DNA from: Promethearchaeota archaeon
Lineage (GTDB): Archaea; Asgardarchaeota; Hermodarchaeia; Hermodarchaeales; Hermodarchaeaceae
Length of the DNA: 32,000 bases
Direction: 5' to 3'
NCBI GenBank assembly: GCA_048938295.1
Contig: JBHLMI010000021.1
Location: forward strand, 1-32,000
A model generated the notes under the pieces. That model searched no databases, was not told the DNA's origin, and saw only the letters and a program-made list of their open reading frames with translations. Below are positions 25,448 through 32,000 of the stretch, piece by piece (the stretch's first letter is position 1; every line of letters starts with the position of its first letter). The translations under genes were made by a program, and so were the position numbers.

Positions 25448-26530
25448 GTGAACTATCATCTTGTCTTGACTCATCGGTGTAACCTGAACTGCGATTATTG
25501 CCACGGGGGGGAAGCCGATGGCCCCCACACTGAAATCGAGTATTCCTTAGATGATCTTGCTAAGTTCCTCCGACAGGATTCTGATGTCCAACTAATGTTC
25601 TATGGGGGCGAACCCACTCTTCGGATTCCGCTCATGACGGATATCATAACCCGGTTTCCATCCGCCCGGTATATGCTACAGACCAATGGGCTTCTGCTTC
25701 ATCATATTCCCGTGGGCTATTTACCTTACTTTCATTCGATTCTTGTCTCAATTGATGGAAGAGAAGAAATAACGGATGGGTACCGATCAAAGGGCGTATA
25801 TAATCAAGTAATAGAGAATGTGCGCTGGTTATACGAGCATGACTATAAGGGTGACATTGTTGCCCGAATGGCAGTGTCTGAGCAGACTGATATTTACCAG
25901 GATGTACGGCATCTCCTTGACCTTCAAGATCCGCACTTTCAGCATGTTCACTGGCAACTGAATGTGGTCTGGGACGAGGAGGAGAATTGGATTGATTTTG
26001 ACCGGTGGGTTCGTGAATCCTACTATCCAGGAATTAGTCGATTAGTGAACGACTGGCTCGCTAAAATGCGAACGGGGACCGTTGAAGGTATCGTCCCATT
26101 TTTGCCAATAATGCACGATCTGTTAACAGGAAACAAGAGTCGGATCCGATGTGGCGCAGGTCATGATACCTTTGCGATTCATGTGGATGGATCGATTGGC
26201 ATTTGTCCAATTTCACCGGATTGGCCCTTTTCAATAGTGGGAGACCTTTGGTCATCAAAGCCGTCAGAACTCCGTGACAGCATGTTGTTTGGCGAACCGT
26301 GCCCATCTTGTAAAGAATTTGGGTTGTGTGGAGGACGGTGTTTGTTTGCGAACAAGCAGCGGTTGTGGGGTGAGGAGGGGTTTCTCAAAGTGTGTGAAGC
26401 GGTAAAACACCTTCTGGGGTGCCTCAGAGATATTTTACCCGAAGTTCATAGGCTAATCGCACAAGGAAAAATTGCACTCAATGACTTCGTGTACCCGGAA
26501 TTTAATAATGGCTGTGAGATTATTCCGTAA
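25448..26530 (+). CDS. Radical SAM/SPASM protein, AF0577 (TIGR04084)-like
   Basis: LTHRCNLNCDYC, YGGEPTL, QTNG, SIDG, CGAG....I..DG.I..CP, C..C.....CGGRC and C-terminal NGCEIIP. Confidence 0.85.
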   Translation: MNYHLVLTHRCNLNCDYCHGGEADGPHTEIEYSLDDLAKFLRQDSDVQLMFYGGEPTLRIPLMTDIITRFPSARYMLQTNGLLLHHIPVGYLPYFHSILVSIDGREEITDGYRSKGVYNQVIENVRWLYEHDYKGDIVARMAVSEQTDIYQDVRHLLDLQDPHFQHVHWQLNVVWDEEENWIDFDRWVRESYYPGISRLVNDWLAKMRTGTVEGIVPFLPIMHDLLTGNKSRIRCGAGHDTFAIHVDGSIGICPISPDWPFSIVGDLWSSKPSELRDSMLFGEPCPSCKEFGLCGGRCLFANKQRLWGEEGFLKVCEAVKHLLGCLRDILPEVHRLIAQGKIALNDFVYPEFNNGCEIIP

Positions 26531-26616
26531 GGCTGATGAAAAGTGGTCTCAGGCGAAAACCCTTTTGGTAGTCTACCGATAACAAGTATCACTCAACTCT
26601 TTTGGAGGTCCTGTAA

Positions 26617-27810
26617 TTGCCCATTGTGAAAATTCCCAAGTACCGGTTTGAGGAACGCTTAGCCAAGTTACGCCAGACACTTGCGAAAGAAAAAATTGCG
26701 CATTTCATTGTGTTTAACCCAACCCATATCTATTATCTCACAGGGTTTGTCCACATCCCAACGGAACGCCCATTTGCCCTGATCGTACAAGACTCGGATA
26801 TCAGCTTCTTTGTCCCAGAGTTAGAAAAACAGCACGTCGAAGAAGAAGTGCCAGGGGTGGCAAAGATTGGCAGCTACTTCGACTATCCTGATTCCGAGCA
26901 TCCAATGAAGCATTTCGCTGCCTTCCTAAAAGAGGAGCTAAAAATCAAGGATCGATTAGGCGCTGAAGCACCAGGGAGTTCAGGTCGGTGGGGGTATGAG
27001 GGACCGAAGTTAGAAGAAGTCTTAGGATTTCCCGTGAAGGTGGAATCACAGCTATTGACGAATATGCGAATTATCAAAGATACAGATGAGCTGGCCTGTA
27101 TTCGTGAGTCAGCCATGTGGGCAAATCTAGCCCACCAACTGCTTCAGGATAAGACCAAAGTTGGTCTAAACGAAGTCGAGGTTTCTACACAGGCATCCCT
27201 CGAAGCGTCGATGGCAATGGGTAAAGCCCTAGGCATCGCCTATCGTCCATTTGCGATTAGTGGGTTACCAGTTCATGCAGGTTACCGCGGTCAGATTGGC
27301 ACCTACTCTGCAATCCCCCATGCGATGACACGGTTCACAGTCTTCAAGGCTGGAGATACCCTCGTGACGGGGGCTACAGCCAATGTCGCTGGGTATTATG
27401 CTGAATTGGAACGAACCATGTTTTTAGGAGAACCGAACGCGAAACAACGGAAATACTTTGATATTATGATGGAAGCCCAACAAGCTGCCTTTGATGCTTT
27501 TGCTCCTGGCAAGCCCTGTTCAATCGTTGATAAAGCCACGCGAACCGTGTTTAAACAACATGGGGTTATGGAACTGGTTCAACACCACACGGGGCATTCC
27601 ATCGGGCTAGAGGGACATGAAAAACCGTTTCTTGACCATGGAATAGATAATACTATGGAACCGGGCATGGTCTTTACCGTAGAACCCGGAATCTATGATC
27701 GGACAATTGGCGGCTTTCGTCATTCCGATACCGTGTTTATCACCGATGATGGGATTGAGAAGGTGACTTACTATCCCTGGGATATCGAATACCTAACTAT
27801 TGACATCTAG
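26617..27810 (+). CDS. M24-family (aminopeptidase P/creatinase fold) hydrolase
   Basis: N-terminal creatinase_N domain (YYLTGF..IPTERP); GYYAELERT, HHTGHSIGL, FTVEPG and GGFRHSDTV. Confidence 0.88.
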   Translation: MPIVKIPKYRFEERLAKLRQTLAKEKIAHFIVFNPTHIYYLTGFVHIPTERPFALIVQDSDISFFVPELEKQHVEEEVPGVAKIGSYFDYPDSEHPMKHFAAFLKEELKIKDRLGAEAPGSSGRWGYEGPKLEEVLGFPVKVESQLLTNMRIIKDTDELACIRESAMWANLAHQLLQDKTKVGLNEVEVSTQASLEASMAMGKALGIAYRPFAISGLPVHAGYRGQIGTYSAIPHAMTRFTVFKAGDTLVTGATANVAGYYAELERTMFLGEPNAKQRKYFDIMMEAQQAAFDAFAPGKPCSIVDKATRTVFKQHGVMELVQHHTGHSIGLEGHEKPFLDHGIDNTMEPGMVFTVEPGIYDRTIGGFRHSDTVFITDDGIEKVTYYPWDIEYLTIDI

Positions 27811-27831
27811 ACATCTGCTTCGGCAAATTCC

Positions 27832-28413
27832 TCAGCGCGGTTTACAAATCAATTCTTGAATGTACAAGTCGAAGACATTGTTCGTATGCGCTGGCTGAAC
27901 TACTATGGCGGTATCGACACCACGATTAGTTCCTCCGAGTGCGATGATGGATTGGTCCATGGGAATCAGTCCCGCATCTGCGGCCATGAGGGTGATTTCG
28001 ACCCCGACTTTTACACCTTGACCTAGCATTTTGAGGGCGCTGGCAATCACAATGGCAGGACCAATGGTATCGAACTTATTTCGTATACCCCGTTCAACGC
28101 CGCTAAGCGCATGGCTGGCTGTGAGGATTGGGGTGTTTGATTCTTCGAGGATTTTTCGATGTTCGGGGAGGAGCTGGTTTTTGCCGGATTCTTTGAACCC
28201 GCTCATGTGAGTGACAACAACTAGGTTCACTTCGTTCATGATTTCTAAGGCTTTGACGGCGGTGGCACCCGATGTCGTAGGCACCACAATGTGAGTTATT
28301 TTCAATTGTTTGGCTCGTTGATAGGCGAGGCGAAGGGTTTCATCGGTATTCTTTGTGGTCTTTTCTTCAAAATAGGTGACTGGGACTTTCATGAGAGTCT
28401 TTTCATTTTTCAT
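27832..28413 (-). CDS. Stand-alone pyruvate-kinase C-terminal-like alpha/beta protein (MTH1675-like)
   Basis: YFE...KNTDETL..A..RA, IVVPTTSGATA, HALSGVER, GQGVKVGVEI.LMAADAG and GGTNRGVDTA; ATG at 28413 (or 28392). Confidence 0.85.
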   Translation of the reverse strand: MKNEKTLMKVPVTYFEEKTTKNTDETLRLAYQRAKQLKITHIVVPTTSGATAVKALEIMNEVNLVVVTHMSGFKESGKNQLLPEHRKILEESNTPILTASHALSGVERGIRNKFDTIGPAIVIASALKMLGQGVKVGVEITLMAADAGLIPMDQSIIALGGTNRGVDTAIVVQPAHTNNVFDLYIQELICKPR

Positions 28414-28470
28414 AGTTGATAAACCTCTAGCTTTTTTTGGTACAGAGGTTACTCTCAATACGGTGCCGGT

Positions 28471-29148
28471 ATGAGTGAGATTCCTGAAAACATCGAAGAA
28501 ACTGTGGTTCAACGTTTCAATGAGGAATTGAAGGATCCTGTAAGACTTGTCTTTTTCACGCAGGAGATGGAATGCCCTTTTTGTGCCCAAACACATAAGC
28601 TTCTAGAAACGGTGGCTAATCTTTCGGAAAAGATCACTTTTGAAGTATACGATTTTATCAAGGACAAAGATAAGGCAGAGGAGTTAGGGATTGATAAGAT
28701 ACCAGCGCTGGCCATTTTGGGCGAAAAGGATTATGGGCTCCGGATGTTTGGTATTCCGTCAGGATACGAGTTTCAGACATTAGTTGAAGGAATAGTGTTT
28801 GCCTCGACAGGGAACAGTGAGTTATCGCCAAAAGCACAAGAAGCCCTACGAAAAGCAGCAACCAAACCCGTCAAAATTCAAATCTTTGTAATCCCGACAT
28901 GTCCTGTATGCCCTGTCCTCGGAGCCATAGCGTTTCAGTTTGCCATTGCCAGCGCCAATATTTCCGTTGATATAGTTGAAATTGCGGAATTCCCGCATCT
29001 TGCGATAAAATATAATGTGATCGGAACACCCAAGGCTGCACTGAATGAAAAAGTGCAATTCGAAGGACTGGTGCCTCCTAGACAATTCTTGGCGTTCATC
29101 CAGCAAGCAGCCCAAGGCTCACCGACAGGCATTTCTCCAACGATCTAA
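28471..29148 (+). CDS. pdo: Protein disulfide oxidoreductase (two thioredoxin folds)
   Basis: CPFC and CPVC motifs, GIDKIPA, GIPSGYEF.TL and YNVIGTPK. Confidence 0.9.
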   Translation: MSEIPENIEETVVQRFNEELKDPVRLVFFTQEMECPFCAQTHKLLETVANLSEKITFEVYDFIKDKDKAEELGIDKIPALAILGEKDYGLRMFGIPSGYEFQTLVEGIVFASTGNSELSPKAQEALRKAATKPVKIQIFVIPTCPVCPVLGAIAFQFAIASANISVDIVEIAEFPHLAIKYNVIGTPKAALNEKVQFEGLVPPRQFLAFIQQAAQGSPTGISPTI

Positions 29149-29172
29149 AGTGCTGAGTAACTGGAACTTATT

Positions 29173-30186
29173 GTGGATGTGAATCATGTGACAGACCAAC
29201 AACCAATGTATGATCTCGCCATTATTGGTGGCGGAGTAACTGGTCTCGCGGCAGCGATGTATGCAGGACGTATGAAGCTGCGAACCGTCCTGATTGGTTA
29301 TCCCCCGGGTGGAGTACTTGCCACCACGGATTGGATTGAAAACTACCCGGGATTCATCTCCTTATCGGGAAAAGAATTAGCTGACAAAATAATGGCTCAC
29401 GCCAAAGAGTATGAGGCGGACATGGTCTTTGATGAGGCCACAGAGATTACCCGGGACGACCGATGTTTTACCGTCAATACTGCGTTCGACGAATATCGGG
29501 CAAAAACAGTGCTTTTTGCGACTGGAACGCGTTATCGCAAACTTGCGGTGCCTGGTGCAGATACCTTTGAAGGGAAAGGGATCCAATTTTGTGGCCTCTG
29601 TGATGGACCGATGTTTCAAGACAAAGTTGTGGCAGTTGTAGGAGGCAGTGATAGTGCCGCAAAGGAGGCCTTGATCCTGGCACAATGGGCAAAGCACATC
29701 TATGTCATTATTCGCGGGGATCAGTTGAAAGCCGAGCCGGTCAATCTGGAACGGGTCAACAAAACAGAGAAAATCACGCTTGTATTCAACACCAACGTAA
29801 CCAGTATTGAAGGAAGTCAGGGTATCGAAAAAATCGTATTGGATCAGTCTTTTGAAGGAAAAAATGAACTTGCGGTGAAAGGCGTGTTCATCGCCATTGG
29901 AAGTCTTCCCTTATCTCAATTGGCAGTACAACTGGGTGTTCAAGTTAACGAGAAGGGAGAAATCCTCATTAACCGCCAAACAGAAACCAATATCCCAGGT
30001 GTGTTTGCAGCAGGGGATGTGACAGATACACAGTTTAAACAAGCGATTACTGGTGTAGCCGAGGGAGTTACTGCCGCTTATCAAGCGTACAGATATTTGG
30101 GCGGAGAATTTGTTTGCACCTGTGTTGATGCGGACTATCTGGATTGCCCAGCTGCGTCTGAAGATTTGCGTGGACGCACTGAATAA
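29173..30186 (+). CDS. trxB: Thioredoxin reductase (low-Mr type) with Cys-containing C-terminal extension
   Basis: IIGGGVTGLAAA, IENYPGF, ATGT, CGLCDG redox motif, VVGGSDSA, ETNIPGVFAAGDVT and KQAITGVAEG; exact start uncertain. Confidence 0.92.
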   Translation: MDVNHVTDQQPMYDLAIIGGGVTGLAAAMYAGRMKLRTVLIGYPPGGVLATTDWIENYPGFISLSGKELADKIMAHAKEYEADMVFDEATEITRDDRCFTVNTAFDEYRAKTVLFATGTRYRKLAVPGADTFEGKGIQFCGLCDGPMFQDKVVAVVGGSDSAAKEALILAQWAKHIYVIIRGDQLKAEPVNLERVNKTEKITLVFNTNVTSIEGSQGIEKIVLDQSFEGKNELAVKGVFIAIGSLPLSQLAVQLGVQVNEKGEILINRQTETNIPGVFAAGDVTDTQFKQAITGVAEGVTAAYQAYRYLGGEFVCTCVDADYLDCPAASEDLRGRTE

Positions 30187-30284
30187 CATCATTTGATGGA
30201 GATAGAGAAAGAAGTCCTATTATGATTAAGAACGCTTACGACAGGCGCTTCGTAGAAGAAAACCATACCCCAACAACATAAATG

Positions 30285-31154
30285 TCATTCAGGGATTGGA
30301 TGCCACAAAGTTGGATTAGTTTTGATATAGTATTTCATCTGTTCAGAGACTTTGAAGCCTTCAGTCTCGAAGATATGCCGCGCAGGGGTATTGGCAACTG
30401 AAACTCGAAGCCATGCCCGGAAATGACCTTGTCCCGCGAGGTGGTTTTTTGCCCATTGGGTCATTTTGCGACCATAACCCTTTCCTCTCAGGTTGGGATG
30501 AACACCAAGCATTCCAATGGTGGGACCCTCAAAGCTGATCACTCCCACGGTGTTGGCTTGATCTTTGACTAAGATGACTTCCATTTGGGAGAGGGTTGAT
30601 TCGAGTTTGTCTGGGGGAAGATGCCGGATATTATAGACTACTGTACGGAGTAAACGACCTGGTGTATTAGCCATCATCGTTTCGAGGTTATGTAACACGA
30701 GGGAGGTTTCATCAGGAGAAGTACGGGTGAACGTTAACTCCGTCTGAGGTGGCGTTATGTCCTGTAAGGGAACGCCCATTTTTACAGTTTCATCGTATAC
30801 CGAAAAGCTCGCATTTTCTAGCGATTGAATCGTCGCTTGTTTATCAGCGCTGACGACACAGCTAATGTAGGCGGCCTGCTGCGGAGTAGCAATCGTGTCA
30901 GCTTCATCCAGGATCCGTGTTACTGCACTCGGTTCATGACGAAATAGATAGACTTGGATGAAGGTAGTACTAGCGGGTTGTAATAGGTCTCGAGGTTCCT
31001 TGGCTGCCACTATTAATCCCAAGACAATTTGTTCGTGGACAAGTGCCCAGAAAGGGAACTTAGCTTGCTCGAAGATGGTTTTCAATCCGAGAAATTGATC
31101 CGAGTACGTTGCCATATCGGGCTCTGTGGATGCAAGAAGACGCATACTCTTCAC
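30285..31154 (-). CDS. GNAT N-acetyltransferase, paralog of 19954-20805
   Basis: LGVHPNLRGKGYG and LRVSVANTPA..IFE..GF; shares the KEPxxLxxPxxT N-terminal motif. Confidence 0.82.
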   Translation of the reverse strand: MKSMRLLASTEPDMATYSDQFLGLKTIFEQAKFPFWALVHEQIVLGLIVAAKEPRDLLQPASTTFIQVYLFRHEPSAVTRILDEADTIATPQQAAYISCVVSADKQATIQSLENASFSVYDETVKMGVPLQDITPPQTELTFTRTSPDETSLVLHNLETMMANTPGRLLRTVVYNIRHLPPDKLESTLSQMEVILVKDQANTVGVISFEGPTIGMLGVHPNLRGKGYGRKMTQWAKNHLAGQGHFRAWLRVSVANTPARHIFETEGFKVSEQMKYYIKTNPTLWHPIPE

Positions 31155-31255
31155 CTGCTTCTTGAAATTCCTTCCAATAAAGCCACTTAAAGATGGTGTC
31201 AGTGATAGAGATTCCAGAATTTCATCAGGGGATTCGCAGACCTGGATTTTTTCAC

Positions 31256-32000
31256 TCAGACGAGGTCTTCAGAGAGCGTGATTGGAATCGGAAGATTACA
31301 GGATGGACAGCGCCCCTCCCGTGTTAGTCGTACAGAAAGTGTACGTACACCTAATCGTTCGATGAGGAGCGCGCCACAGTTCGGACATATGGTATTGGCC
31401 CCTTGATGCCCGGGAACATTACCTAAATAGACGTATTTGAGACCTGCACGCGATGAGAGTTCTGCAGCGGTTTCAAGTTTCTTAATGGAGGTGGGTGGGA
31501 GATTACTCATCTTGTAATGGGGATAAAACCGTAAGAGATGGAGTGGCGTATCTTCGCCGAGTTCCTTAACGATCCATTGGGCTAGTTTTTCCGCTTCTTT
31601 AGTGTCATCGCCGACATCGGATACGAGGAGGTTAGTGATTTCGATATGAATGTCTGCAGCCTTCATCGCTTTGAGCGAATCAAAAATAGGCTCTACTTTG
31701 GGAACATGACAATATGTTTTGTAAAAAGCAGGATTGGCATTACCCTTGAAATCAACAGTGGCCGCGTCAAGGTAAGGGGCAATGGTGTCAATGGCATCGG
31801 TGGTCATGTAACCGTTAGTGACAAAAGTATTGAACAGCCCCTTTGCGTGGGCTATCTTTGCGGTATCATAGGCGTATTCAAAGAAAATGGTCGGCTCCGT
31901 ATATGTATAAGATATGCCTGTGCAGCCGGTTTCCAACGCATACTCAACAATTTTCTCAGGAGACATTTTACGCCCTACAATATCACGCTCATGGCTAATT
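31256..32000 (-). CDS. amrS: AmmeMemoRadiSam-system radical SAM enzyme (AmrS/PflA-like), 5'-partial
   Basis: ISYTYTEPTIFFEYAYDTA, FVTNGY, VDFKG, HIEITNL, PLHLLRFYPHYKM, YVYLGNV and CPNCG..C. The frame stays open to the window edge (ISHERDIVGRK-MSPEK). Confidence 0.85.
   Translation of the reverse strand, partial: ISHERDIVGRKMSPEKIVEYALETGCTGISYTYTEPTIFFEYAYDTAKIAHAKGLFNTFVTNGYMTTDAIDTIAPYLDAATVDFKGNANPAFYKTYCHVPKVEPIFDSLKAMKAADIHIEITNLLVSDVGDDTKEAEKLAQWIVKELGEDTPLHLLRFYPHYKMSNLPPTSIKKLETAAELSSRAGLKYVYLGNVPGHQGANTICPNCGALLIERLGVRTLSVRLTREGRCPSCNLPIPITLSEDLV

Overview
Archaeal chromosomal window, gene-dense, with about 37 CDS/pseudogenes. The archaeal assignment rests on TATA/BRE-type promoters, GGTGA/GGAGG ribosome-binding motifs, a PDO-TrxR pair, an AF0577-type radical SAM, an MTH1675-like PK_C protein and PGF-like C-terminal sorting tails. 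An Asgard-like anaerobic sediment archaeon is my inference, not shown by the sequence. I recognised no rRNA, tRNA, CRISPR array, integrase or transposase. Content is mostly accessory metabolism, redox and repair genes: PiT transporter, saccharopine-dehydrogenase-like enzyme plus FGGY kinase, TrmO, B12 radical SAM, AlkZ-like glycosylase, AbfD, QueG-like Fe-S protein, Csp, Pol IV, M24 hydrolase, PDO/TrxR and AmrS. Features missing from the ORF track: a partial molybdopterin-oxidoreductase start at the left edge, two pseudogenes (248-505 and 22936-23423) and a 34-codon ORF coupled to a DUF6144-like gene. The most unusual area is 20982-24914. It contains Pol IV, a PC4/YdbC-like small protein and a dead secreted-protein gene. 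These are followed by a ~200-bp block of 5-6 back-to-back stem-loops (23400-23601), a virus-like OB-fold protein and an ATP-cone/PD-(D/E)xK nuclease. All family assignments are from motif recognition by eye; no database searches were run.
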